From positions 3,592 to 67,591 of the forward strand of contig JAFVWL010000043.1 of NCBI GenBank assembly GCA_017501695.1: a stretch of DNA of 64,000 nt, written 5' to 3'. Made by a program: the position numbers and the translations under genes. The DNA is from Oscillospiraceae bacterium. Its GTDB lineage: Bacteria; Bacillota; Clostridia; Oscillospirales; Oscillospiraceae. This document shows, one piece after another, positions 9,436 to 18,411 of the stretch (positions within the stretch are counted from its first letter, which is position 1; every line of letters starts with the position of its first letter). The notes beneath the pieces were generated by a model. That model saw nothing but the letters and a program-made list of their open reading frames with translations. It was not told the DNA's origin and did no database searches.

Positions 9436-9873
9436 TTATTCCTCAGGTAACGGTACGGCACCCATCCATTCTTTTTCGGTAGGGTCCGTCCATTCCACAT
9501 CCCCCATCAGCGTGGGCATGGTTTCGCCCATAGCAACCGTAGGCTCGCCCTGCAATTTCTCTTCATAAGGGCCAATCATTCCGCCCTGAATGTCCGGGGG
9601 CAGGGGTGCACCCGGGAGCGTACCGGAATCGTAGCAGCCTGCGGCACCGAGCACAAAGGTCGCCGCGATTCCGGCAACCGCCACGACCTTCCCCATCTGC
9701 TGCCGTTTGGCCAGTTCGTTTTCCAGATAGCGAAGCTCCGCCTCGCACTTGGGGCAGGTGCCGGTGCAGTCGCCCTGGTACTTACATTCGGAAGTAACAA
9801 GCTCGATGTCATTATCCCGGGCAATCTGCTGTCGGATCTCTTTCAGAATTTTACACTTACTTTTACCGGTCAT
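9436..9873 (-). CDS. Hypothetical protein: Cys-rich N-terminal domain, internal hydrophobic/lipobox segment, Gly-motif repeat tail
   Basis: KCKILKEIR...ECKYQGDCTGTCPKCEAE, VVAVAGIAATFVLGAAGC, then LPGAP/IQGGM/LQGEP/AMGET/LMGDV/WMGAV. Confidence 0.85.
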   Translation of the reverse strand: MTGKSKCKILKEIRQQIARDNDIELVTSECKYQGDCTGTCPKCEAELRYLENELAKRQQMGKVVAVAGIAATFVLGAAGCYDSGTLPGAPLPPDIQGGMIGPYEEKLQGEPTVAMGETMPTLMGDVEWTDPTEKEWMGAVPLPEE

Positions 9874-9907
9874 ACAATATCCCCTTTCCACAGTTTTCTA
9901 TGTGTTA

Positions 9908-9936
9908 ATTATATCATAGGCGGGGCTATTTGTGAA
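9908..9936 (-). promoter_or_regulatory. SigA-type promoter of the radical-SAM cassette
   Basis: TTCACA-17bp-TATAAT with extended TG on the minus strand. Confidence 0.7.
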
Positions 9937-9980
9937 GCGAAGCCGGATTGTTTTATTATATTATTTACATCTCGTTAAAC

Positions 9981-10009
9981 TGACGGCCACCGGGAATCCC
10001 GGTGGCCGT
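9981..10009. repeat. 29-bp hairpin direct repeat, copy B (terminator-like)
   Basis: Identical to 8699-8727, same orientation (loop gggAATccc). Confidence 0.95.
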
Positions 10010-10014
10010 TGTGC

Positions 10015-11289
10015 TTATACAGTCAGTTTGCGGCAGGCGGCTGCCAAAGAACCCAAGGTGCTGCAGGACACCATGGAGCACAGGCTGGAAAAGACCTGGA
10101 CGCTGCGGATATGCTGCCAGTGGCTCTCGGGAATGGGATTGAGCCACAGGACCCGGCCGGACTGGCGCTTGGCATTCTGCAGAGCCGCCACCGCCCGGGG
10201 CTGATCGATGGTCTTGGTATCCGACAGGATCAGCAGCGTGGTGGAAGAATTCAGGGCCGCGGGCTCCATGGCGCAGATCTTTTCCAGCGCGCTGCCCAGG
10301 TCCGTGCCCTTGCCGTAGACTCCGCTGTCCCGGACATGACTGCGGAACAGATCCATATTCTGCAAGCTGAAGGCATCGGCCTCGGTCATCTGCTCCGAGA
10401 ACAGGAAGACCCGTGAGCTTTCCGATACCTGATTCAGGGACTGGATAAACCGCAGGGCGAATTCCGAGAACTGGACCATGGAGCCGGATACGTCACACAG
10501 CACCACCAGCCGTTTCCGGCGGTGGCGTTTCTTTTTATAGTGGAGCCGGTAGAAGCTGCCGCCGGTCTCCAGGCCCTTGCGGATGGTCCGGCGGAAATCC
10601 AGCTTGCCGCTGTGCCCGGAACGCTTTCGCTTGGCGGTCAGCTCGCCGTTGATCTGCCGGGACACGGTCTGGATGATGGAAATGGCCTTGGGGATCTCAT
10701 GGTCCCCGAATTGAGAGATGTCCCGGAACAGCAGGCCGATTTCCGGGTCCGCGGCTTCCGCACCCAGGCCCGCGTCCTCCATCAAAAGCTGCTGCTCCAA
10801 CAGGGTCTTGGTAAAGACGGAGTGGATGAAGTTGCTGTACAGTTCCGGGTTTCGCTCGGCGGTGCTGCGGTATTTTTCCATGAACCGCCGGAGCTTCTGC
10901 CGGGCTTCCTCGGGCATGGACACATAGGTATCCATCTGCTCCGGGCTCAGGTCCATAGGTTCACCGCCCACCTGGAGATCTTTGGCCGCGTCTTCCCGGG
11001 CCTGGGCCGCTTCCGCTTCCTGCCGGGCCCGCTGCCGGGCCTGCTCCCGCATGGCCTCCTCGGAGATGAAAAAACCGTCGAAGACCCGATCAAACACAAG
11101 CTGCTCCTGCCGGGAAGAAGCATACACCGTTCGCAGTGCGGTTTTGACCTGTTCCCGGTCCCCCAGGCCGAATTCCATCAGGACCCGGCTGGCATCGGCA
11201 GTCTCCCGGGGACTGACCGGCAAGCCCTCCTGCCGGAGCAGCCGGGAAAACAGGGCCAGCTTTTCCAGATAGATCCCGGGATCACCCAT
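10015..11289 (-). CDS. vWA domain protein, CoxE-like
   Basis: LDFRRTIR, LVVLCDVSGSM (MIDAS), GTDLGSAL, LLILSD, VLWLNP. Confidence 0.9.
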   Translation of the reverse strand: MGDPGIYLEKLALFSRLLRQEGLPVSPRETADASRVLMEFGLGDREQVKTALRTVYASSRQEQLVFDRVFDGFFISEEAMREQARQRARQEAEAAQAREDAAKDLQVGGEPMDLSPEQMDTYVSMPEEARQKLRRFMEKYRSTAERNPELYSNFIHSVFTKTLLEQQLLMEDAGLGAEAADPEIGLLFRDISQFGDHEIPKAISIIQTVSRQINGELTAKRKRSGHSGKLDFRRTIRKGLETGGSFYRLHYKKKRHRRKRLVVLCDVSGSMVQFSEFALRFIQSLNQVSESSRVFLFSEQMTEADAFSLQNMDLFRSHVRDSGVYGKGTDLGSALEKICAMEPAALNSSTTLLILSDTKTIDQPRAVAALQNAKRQSGRVLWLNPIPESHWQHIRSVQVFSSLCSMVSCSTLGSLAAACRKLTV

Positions 11290-12175
11290 GGTGATGGCCT
11301 CCGCAATGGCCGCAGTGCTCGTGGGGAGCCGTCACATCGGTCTGTTCCAGCACCGCCAGGTCCTCGCTGTTTTTCAGGATGAAGCCCGCGGTCTGCCGCA
11401 GGGCGTCGGGGGTCAGCTCCCGGATCCCCAAAGCGTCCAGCGCCGCGGCCCAGTCCAGAGTTTCGGCAATAGAGGGCTTTTTCAAAATTGCTTCGCTGCC
11501 GCGGAGCTTCTGGACTGCCAGGGCCACCTGGGCGCAGAGCCGATCGTCCACATGGGGCAGCTTAGCCCGGAGGATCGCCAGTTCCTTCTCCATATCCGGG
11601 TACTGGATGTACAGATAGGCGCAGCGGCGGCGCAGGGCCTCACTCAGGGGCCGGGCCCGGTTGGAGGTCAGCACCACAAAGGGGATGGTTTTTGCTTTGA
11701 TGGTGCCCACCTCGGGAATGGACACCTGCATCTCCGACAGCAGCTCCAGCAGGAAGGCCTCGAATTCCTCGTCGGCCTTGTCGATCTCGTCGATCAGCAG
11801 CACCACGGGCCGCTCGGAACGAATGGACTTCAGCAACGGCCGTTCCAGCAGATACTCGTCGCTGAACAGGCCCCGGGTCAGCTCGTCGCTGTCGGTGCGG
11901 CCCATGTCCACCTGGATTGCCAGAAGCTGCTTCTGATAATTCCACTCATACAGGGCCTTGCTCTCATCCAGACCCTCATAGCACTGCATCCGTACCAGAT
12001 CCCGGTCCAGGGCATGGGCCATGACCTTGGCAATTTCCGTTTTGCCCACGCCGGCGGCACCCTCGATCAGCAGGGGCCGGCCCAGCTTCAGCGCTACCGC
12101 CAGCACCGTAGCCAACGTGTCGTCATAGACATACTTGGCCTCGTCCATTTTTTGTTTCAGTTCTTCCAGATTCAT
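11282..12175 (-). CDS. MoxR/CoxD-family AAA+ ATPase
   Basis: GAAGVGKT Walker A, RMQCYEGLD, LLIDEIDKAD Walker B, LSEALRRRC; His/Cys-rich tail. Confidence 0.93.
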   Translation of the reverse strand: MNLEELKQKMDEAKYVYDDTLATVLAVALKLGRPLLIEGAAGVGKTEIAKVMAHALDRDLVRMQCYEGLDESKALYEWNYQKQLLAIQVDMGRTDSDELTRGLFSDEYLLERPLLKSIRSERPVVLLIDEIDKADEEFEAFLLELLSEMQVSIPEVGTIKAKTIPFVVLTSNRARPLSEALRRRCAYLYIQYPDMEKELAILRAKLPHVDDRLCAQVALAVQKLRGSEAILKKPSIAETLDWAAALDALGIRELTPDALRQTAGFILKNSEDLAVLEQTDVTAPHEHCGHCGGHHHG

Positions 12176-12251
12176 AGGGTCTCCTCCTGGTTTTTTCGCT
12201 ATTATACAACAGGCCTGCGCATTTTTCAACTGCCGGGACCGCAAACACGGA

Positions 12252-12277
12252 ACCGCCCTGCCATCCGGCAGGGCGGT
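12252..12277 (-). terminator. Hairpin after the permease gene
   Basis: accgccctgcc-atcc-ggcagggcggt. Confidence 0.6.
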
Positions 12278-12280
12278 CGT

Positions 12281-13567
12281 TCATTCCGTCAGGATCATAT
12301 TGGGCCAGCGGTCCTCCATCCAGTCATCGTCATAGCGTTCATCCAGCAGCATATCCACCGGATTCGCAGCCGGGACACCGTCCTGCCGCTGGGTATAGCG
12401 GGTCATAGCCAGCGAGGTCACCAGGCAGTTGGCGGTCATGGCCGCCACTATGATCCAAGTGATTACCTTTCCCGGCAGCGGCGGGACCTTTTCAACAGCC
12501 CGGTCCATGGGCGGGTACAAGATCCGAAGCCAGACCACCGCCAGGATGCCCCAGTATACGCAGAACAGCACATTGATCCGACCGCCCAGATTCAGGGGAA
12601 TGTGGCTGTAATCCCAGAATACGGTGCCGTAGACCACTTCCGTGAACACGCTGCAAAGGTACTCATACACACCGCCCACCAGGAAGCCCGCCAGGAACAC
12701 ATAGCGGTCCGGCTTATCCGCCATCCGGCTCAGGACCACTGTCAGGATCACCGCGCCAAAGCCCCAGACAACGCTGAAGGGGCCGAACACCAGGCTGGAC
12801 CGGCTCATCCAGGTCCCACCGGTGACCCGGCAGAAGACCATTTCGATCAATGCCCCCAGAAAGCTGGATGCCAGGAACACCCACACCAGCTTATCAAAGC
12901 AAATGCCCCGGGCAAAGATATACCGGTTATCCCTCTCCGGTTCCGTTTGGCGGATCCCGGGATAGGCATTTTCCAGCCGGTCCCAGATCATGGCAGTCAT
13001 CCGCTCTCCCAACCGCTGCCGGAGCATTCCGGGACCGCGCTCCCCTGCCCCGCCGCCCCGGCGCAGGACGTAACGGACACCAAAATAGTCCGCCGCCGTC
13101 AGCAGGCACAGGAACAGGACCGCCGTCACCACCACCCAGTCCGGAAGCCAGACCACTGCCGTATGTATAAACGGATGCAGCAGCAGATAGCCCAGAAGGT
13201 ACAGCAGGGCCTCTGCGGACCGCAGGACCCCTGTGACCACCGGGGAAACACTGGGTTCCTTGGTCCAGGCCACATTCCTTCTGCGGCTTATGGCTGTCAT
13301 GAATTGCAGCGTCAGCACATCCACGGTCCATACGATCATCCAGGTCAGCAGAAATTGCCACACCGGGTGCCCGTCCAGGGTGGGCAGTGCCAGCAGCAGG
13401 AGCATAGCTGTAATTCCCTCGGAAATGGCCAGGGGCAGATTCAGCAAGCCCCGGTTCCGGTACCGCCCGTCCTTCAGGGCATAGTACCCCACCCCCACAG
13501 CCCAGCCCAAAAAGGCATACAGGTACACAAACAACAAAAGGTCCGCAAGCTCATATTGGGTCGTCAT
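12281..13567 (-). CDS. Putative ABC transporter permease-like membrane protein (two CmpB/TMEM229-like repeats)
   Basis: YAFLGW...NRGLLNLP and SFLGALIE...SRSSLVFGPFSVVWG...EYLCS...FWDYS..PLNLGGRI. Confidence 0.75.
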   Translation of the reverse strand: MTTQYELADLLLFVYLYAFLGWAVGVGYYALKDGRYRNRGLLNLPLAISEGITAMLLLLALPTLDGHPVWQFLLTWMIVWTVDVLTLQFMTAISRRRNVAWTKEPSVSPVVTGVLRSAEALLYLLGYLLLHPFIHTAVVWLPDWVVVTAVLFLCLLTAADYFGVRYVLRRGGGAGERGPGMLRQRLGERMTAMIWDRLENAYPGIRQTEPERDNRYIFARGICFDKLVWVFLASSFLGALIEMVFCRVTGGTWMSRSSLVFGPFSVVWGFGAVILTVVLSRMADKPDRYVFLAGFLVGGVYEYLCSVFTEVVYGTVFWDYSHIPLNLGGRINVLFCVYWGILAVVWLRILYPPMDRAVEKVPPLPGKVITWIIVAAMTANCLVTSLAMTRYTQRQDGVPAANPVDMLLDERYDDDWMEDRWPNMILTE

Positions 13568-13577
13568 AATATCCGCC

Positions 13578-14405
13578 TCACATTCCGAAAAGCATATCGC
13601 TGAAGCAACCGAAAAACAGGAGGGTATAGGGGATCACCAGCAAGTGGCTGTCCAACCGGTCCAGAATCCCGCCGTGACCGGGAAGCAGATTGCCGAAATC
13701 CTTGACCCCCACCGCCCGCTTCACGGCGGACAGGCACAGATCACCGAACTGTCCCACTGCCGACGCAGTCAGCACATACAGTGCCAGCAGGCCCCGGCGG
13801 ACACGGAACAGGCTCAGTCCCTCCGCCGCCGCGCAGACCGCGACCAGGAAGATCATAGCCGCGAGAGTGCCGCTGACCGCTCCCTCCAGGGTCTTTTTGG
13901 GGCTGATGGCAGGGGCCAGCTTCCGTTTTCCGATTCGCCGTCCCAGCAAATAGGCAAACGTGTCAGTCACCGCGCTCACCAAAACAGCCAGAGTCAGCAT
14001 TGCCAGGCCAAATTCCTGCCGCCGTAAGTGGACCGCCGCGGAAAGGAACACCGGGATCGCCAAATACAGCACGATCTGTTCCGGCTTCCGCAGACCCTTC
14101 CTGCCCGGCAGGTCGCCCATGATCCCCCAGCAGACAAGCATCACCCCCGGCAGCAGCAGTCCGGCCGCAAACAGGATCCAAAGAACCGGCAGCAGGCTCA
14201 GGATCAAAACCAGAAAAAATCCTCCCAGCGCCGGGACCCAGACCGGAATTTTGCCCGTACCCACGCATCGGCCAAGTTCCCACAGTCCGGCAGCGCACAG
14301 CACTGCCATGGTCAGTTCCGTCACCCAGGGTATATGGGAGCAGCTCAAAAACAGACATACTGCCCCCAGGAGCACCAGGCCGGTTTTCGTTCTCGTTCGC
14401 AGCAT
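13578..14405 (-). CDS. cdsA: Phosphatidate cytidylyltransferase
   Basis: DTFAYLLG, ISPKKTLEG, GDL..SAVKR..GVKDFGNLLPGHGGILDRLDS. Confidence 0.93.
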   Translation of the reverse strand: MLRTRTKTGLVLLGAVCLFLSCSHIPWVTELTMAVLCAAGLWELGRCVGTGKIPVWVPALGGFFLVLILSLLPVLWILFAAGLLLPGVMLVCWGIMGDLPGRKGLRKPEQIVLYLAIPVFLSAAVHLRRQEFGLAMLTLAVLVSAVTDTFAYLLGRRIGKRKLAPAISPKKTLEGAVSGTLAAMIFLVAVCAAAEGLSLFRVRRGLLALYVLTASAVGQFGDLCLSAVKRAVGVKDFGNLLPGHGGILDRLDSHLLVIPYTLLFFGCFSDMLFGM

Positions 14406-14525
14406 GATTCATCTTCCCGCTTTCTTTTCGGCGGTTGACCCACCTTCTCTCGTACAACACCATAATATGACACTGGGATAAACTCAATCGAAACTGTCGG
14501 TTGCAAATTTGTGAACAAAAAAACA

Positions 14526-14547
14526 GGACCGCCCTGACGGGCGGTCC
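14526..14547 (-). terminator. Rho-independent terminator after GH5
   Basis: ggaccgccc-tgac-gggcggtcc followed by TGTTTTTTT on the minus strand. Confidence 0.8.
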
Positions 14548-14558
14548 CAGCGTGTTTT

Positions 14559-15929
14559 TTACGCTCCGGTATGCAGGTCCACCAGGACCTCGTACAGAGT
14601 GCTCTTGGCACAGTTTTCGGTGCGGGTCAGTTCGCAGGCAGCGATGAACTCCTCATAGGTACAGGTGGCCACGTTGCATTTCAGTTCCTCGGTGTCCCGG
14701 TCCAGGTTCATCTGCACCGTATAGGCCCCCCAGGAAGATGTCCACCAGCCGGTGACCGTGGTCTTGTAATTCCAGACGGTCCAGGAATAATTCCGCTGGG
14801 CAAACAGGCCCAGCATGGCATCCCAGGCTTCCCGGTCCTCGAAGGCGGTGAACTCACCAATGAGCACCGGCACATCGTAGTCCCGGCCCTGGTTGGTGGC
14901 ATCGTAGTAGGCAAAGAAGGCATCGTAGGGAATGATCTGGTTTTGCCAGTTGTACCAATGGTATTCATACTGGACATTTTCCCAGCCGTAATCCGCCGGG
15001 TCCGGCAGATTGGAGAAATCCCAGCAGCCCTCCACAGTAATCACGTGCCGGTCGCCGTTTTCCCGGATAGCATCATAAATCCGGTCAAACACATCCCAGC
15101 ATTCCTCGGTGGTAGTGCCGCCGTATTCGTAGGTAGGCTCGTTCATGATGTCATAGGTGGCCACCCACCTGCCCAGCTCCGGAGCCGTATTGGTGTAGTG
15201 GTCGGAGACAAAATCCCACAGGTCAACGGTGGCCTGGATATTCGCCTCGCTGGTCCAAAGATTCGCCTCCCGCTCCGCCGCGCCGGAATGCTCATAGCCG
15301 TTCTGGCTTCCGGGCGCACCGTGGAGGTCCAGGATCACATACAGTTCCTGCTTCGCCGCCTGAGAGACAAACCAGTCCAGATAGGAGAAGGCTTCTTCCT
15401 CGGATTTGCGGGTCAGGTCCTCATTCAGGACGTTCAGATAGTAGAAGGGCAGGCGGATGGCATTAAGTTTCAGGTCCTCCTTGATGATCCGGAAGTCCTC
15501 CTCCGTAAAGAAGCAATCCCAATAGTATTGCATCAATGTATCGATGTCGTGATCCTTCAGGTTGGGGTTTGCCTTCAGGCCGGCCCGGAACTCCTCCTCG
15601 GAGAACTCGGGGTACTGAATGTTGCCATCGCCGTCTTTTTGATAAGTACCGTCCTCGTTTTTCAGGGGCTCCAGAGCGAAGGGGCTCATCCAACCCTCCT
15701 GCAGCAGGATCTGGCCCGCGTTGATGCCCGTGAGCCGGAGCTGGTTGCCCGCCGGGTCGTACAGGGACCGGCCATAGGCCTGAACCAGGCCTGTATCATT
15801 CTGAATCGTTTCCTTCTGGTCCGGGATCTCATAGTTTTCAGAGCTGTGGAGCAGCCAGCCCACCAGCGCGCCAACCAGCACCGCCGCAATCAGCACCACG
15901 CAAAGAACCCGCTTGATGATCTTTTTCAT
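14559..15929 (-). CDS. Glycoside hydrolase family 5, N-terminally anchored
   Basis: N-terminal TM; IRLPF, ILDLHGAPGSQN, DIMNEP (acid/base), YEYHWY, VLIGEF (nucleophile). Confidence 0.92.
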   Translation of the reverse strand: MKKIIKRVLCVVLIAAVLVGALVGWLLHSSENYEIPDQKETIQNDTGLVQAYGRSLYDPAGNQLRLTGINAGQILLQEGWMSPFALEPLKNEDGTYQKDGDGNIQYPEFSEEEFRAGLKANPNLKDHDIDTLMQYYWDCFFTEEDFRIIKEDLKLNAIRLPFYYLNVLNEDLTRKSEEEAFSYLDWFVSQAAKQELYVILDLHGAPGSQNGYEHSGAAEREANLWTSEANIQATVDLWDFVSDHYTNTAPELGRWVATYDIMNEPTYEYGGTTTEECWDVFDRIYDAIRENGDRHVITVEGCWDFSNLPDPADYGWENVQYEYHWYNWQNQIIPYDAFFAYYDATNQGRDYDVPVLIGEFTAFEDREAWDAMLGLFAQRNYSWTVWNYKTTVTGWWTSSWGAYTVQMNLDRDTEELKCNVATCTYEEFIAACELTRTENCAKSTLYEVLVDLHTGA

Positions 15930-16087
15930 GTTCTCCTCCTGAATTCCCCGGTGGGGTAGTAGGTCCATTATACCGCAGCCATCGGAGAACGGCAACAAAA
16001 TATTTACAATTTATCCACAGGAAAGGTTGGAATTCCCGTTTTTTCTATGATATACTGAGGGCAAATTTTCAAGAACGGAGGACCGCT

Positions 16088-17176
16088 ATGGCCGATATGT
16101 TTGAATACCTGCGCTGGCGGGGGGATCTGCGGTTTTCCCAGGTGCCCCTGAACCATGTGGATGCCCTGATTCTGTCCACCCTGGCCTATGTCCATTACGA
16201 CGGCGTGGTCCGGGAGGATCCCCTGTATGTGGCGCCCCTGAAGGATGTGGCCCGGGAGGTGCTGGCTCTGCCGGAGCCGGAAAACCGCTGCCGGGTGCTG
16301 AATGACTTGGAGCTGCTCCGGGCCGCGTCCCAGACCGAACGCTTCGGTGCCATCGGCATGACCTGCTACCGGAACGTTTTCATCCCTGAAGAGGATACCC
16401 AGTTCGCGGCAGTGACCTTCCTGCTGGAAGACGGAACGGCGTTCCTGGCCTTCCGTGGCACGGACAACTCCCTGGTGGGCTGGAAGGAGGACTTCAACAT
16501 GACCTTTCAGGAGAGCATACCGGCACAGCGGCTGGCTGACGAATATACACAAACCTTCGCGTATCTGAAATCCCTCCCCCTGTACCTGGGCGGGCACTCC
16601 AAAGGCGGCAATCTGGCGGTCTATGCCGGTGCCAAATGCGGCACAGAGATTCAGGACCGGATCCTGCGGGTGTACAACCACGACGGTCCCGGCTTCACGG
16701 AAGCCATGATGACGGACCCTGGATATATGCGGATCGTCCCCAAGATCAAGACTCTGGTGCCCCAGTCCTCGGTGTTTGGAATGCTGTTGGAGCACGAAGA
16801 GCCCTACATCGTCATCCGCAGCCGGGAGATCGGACTCATGCAGCACGATCCCTATTCCTGGGAGATTATGGGCGGGGACTTTATCCCTATGGAAGAACTG
16901 ACGGCGGATTCCCGGTTCCTGGACCGGACCTTCCGGACCTGGCTGGCGGGCATGGACCCCGCGGAGCGGAACGAGTTTTTCGACACCGTTTTCGACCTGC
17001 TGATGATGGAAAACGCCAGCCGGCCCAGTGACATCATCCGGCCCCAGAATATTCGTGCGTTTTTTACCACGCTGCAAACGGATCCGGAGCGGCGGAAAAT
17101 CATCGCTTCTGTGCTGTTGGAGCTGGTGGACGCTGCCCGGCAGGCCCAACTGCCGCAGGCGCAAAAAGAAGAATAA
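16088..17176 (+). CDS. DUF2974 / lipase-like alpha/beta hydrolase
   Basis: AFRGTD.SLVGWKEDF, GGHSKGGNLA, YNHDGPGF, QHDPYSW. Confidence 0.92.
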   Translation: MADMFEYLRWRGDLRFSQVPLNHVDALILSTLAYVHYDGVVREDPLYVAPLKDVAREVLALPEPENRCRVLNDLELLRAASQTERFGAIGMTCYRNVFIPEEDTQFAAVTFLLEDGTAFLAFRGTDNSLVGWKEDFNMTFQESIPAQRLADEYTQTFAYLKSLPLYLGGHSKGGNLAVYAGAKCGTEIQDRILRVYNHDGPGFTEAMMTDPGYMRIVPKIKTLVPQSSVFGMLLEHEEPYIVIRSREIGLMQHDPYSWEIMGGDFIPMEELTADSRFLDRTFRTWLAGMDPAERNEFFDTVFDLLMMENASRPSDIIRPQNIRAFFTTLQTDPERRKIIASVLLELVDAARQAQLPQAQKEE

Positions 17177-17237
17177 TGATACCGGGTGCACCGACAGGTG
17201 TACCCGGTAAGTTTATTGACAGGCACTGCAAAAAATG

Positions 17238-17437
17238 TGTCATTCCGAGGGCGAAGCCCGTGGGAATCTCCAGCATCCGGGTTGGATGAATGCCGGACCA
17301 ATTAACACAGAACATCTTCGATGGCCTTTGGGGCGTACAGTTTCTCAGACATCCGCCAGGAGATTGCCAGGAGGTGAATTGCCCGAAGGGCAAGAGAGAC
17401 CACCCTGGGGTGCGGCCCTCCGGGCCTCGCAATGACA
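17238..17437. repeat. REP-like palindromic intergenic repeat, copy 2 (divergent, with internal module)
   Basis: Ends tgtcattccgagg / cctcgcaatgaca; internal ggaatctcc/ggagattgcc arms as in the other copies. Confidence 0.75.
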
Positions 17438-17527
17438 TGGGTTGTCGTTTCCCGTTACCCGGCAGGTGTGGGGCGTGAACCAAGCTCTGCGAAAAACAAA
17501 ACTCTTAACTCTCCACTCTCAACTTCA

Positions 17528-18274
17528 TCAGGTTCTGGCCAGGCCGTCTACCTGAAGGACCACGCCGGTGATATAGGAAGCCTCGTCAGAAGCCAGGAAC
17601 AAAAACGCGTTGGCAATGTCCTCGGGCTGGCCCAGGCGGCGCAGGGGAATCTGGCGGATCAGGGGCTCGATAACCTCCTTGGGCACCGCCTTCATCATAT
17701 CTGTTTCGGTGATGCCGGGGGCCACGGCGTTGACCCGGATGCCCTTGGGGCCCAGCTCCCGGGCCAGGGACAGGGTCAGACCGTTGACGGCGAATTTGGA
17801 GGTGGGATAGGACACGCCGCTGGGCTGGCCGTAGATGCTGACCATGGAAGAAGTGTTCAGGATCACACCGCCGCCCTGCTCTGCCATGATGTCGGCAGCA
17901 GCCTTGGCCGCGTTGAATACACCCTTCACATTCAGGTCCATAACTTTATCAAAGAGTTCCTCGGTATAGTTGCTCAGGGGGGTGCTTTCGGACAGGCCCG
18001 CGTTGTTCACCAGGATGTCAATGCGGCCGTAGCGGGAGCGGATCTCCCGGAAAGCCTCCCGGACAGCGTCCAGGCTGGCCAAATTGGGGCTGATGCCCTC
18101 CACTCTGGCATCGGGATACTTGGCCTTCAGCTTTTCCACCGCGGCGGCGGCGGTCTTGGGAGAGCTGGCGGTGAGGATCACTGCGGCACCCTCTCTCAGG
18201 AAGGTTTCCACAGTGGCATAGCCGATGCCACGGCTTCCTCCGGTAATAATGGCAACTTTCTGGTTCAGTCTCAT
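17528..18274 (-). CDS. SDR oxidoreductase, 3-alpha-hydroxysteroid dehydrogenase (BaiA-type)-like
   Basis: TGGSRGIG, NNAG, YPTSK catalytic motif; GGGVILNTSSMVSIYGQPSG..YP.SKFAVNGLT resembles gut bile-acid 3-alpha-HSDHs as I recall them. Confidence 0.85.
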   Translation of the reverse strand: MRLNQKVAIITGGSRGIGYATVETFLREGAAVILTASSPKTAAAAVEKLKAKYPDARVEGISPNLASLDAVREAFREIRSRYGRIDILVNNAGLSESTPLSNYTEELFDKVMDLNVKGVFNAAKAAADIMAEQGGGVILNTSSMVSIYGQPSGVSYPTSKFAVNGLTLSLARELGPKGIRVNAVAPGITETDMMKAVPKEVIEPLIRQIPLRRLGQPEDIANAFLFLASDEASYITGVVLQVDGLART

Positions 18275-18411
18275 TTTTCGTTCCTCCTTGTTGATTTTTG
18301 TATTGTCAGTATATCCATATTTTTTCTGTTTTTCCGTGATAAAGTCACTATACTCCAGACTGTTTTTCGTGTATAATATTACCAGAAATTAAGATACAAA
18401 GGAGCGTCCCT

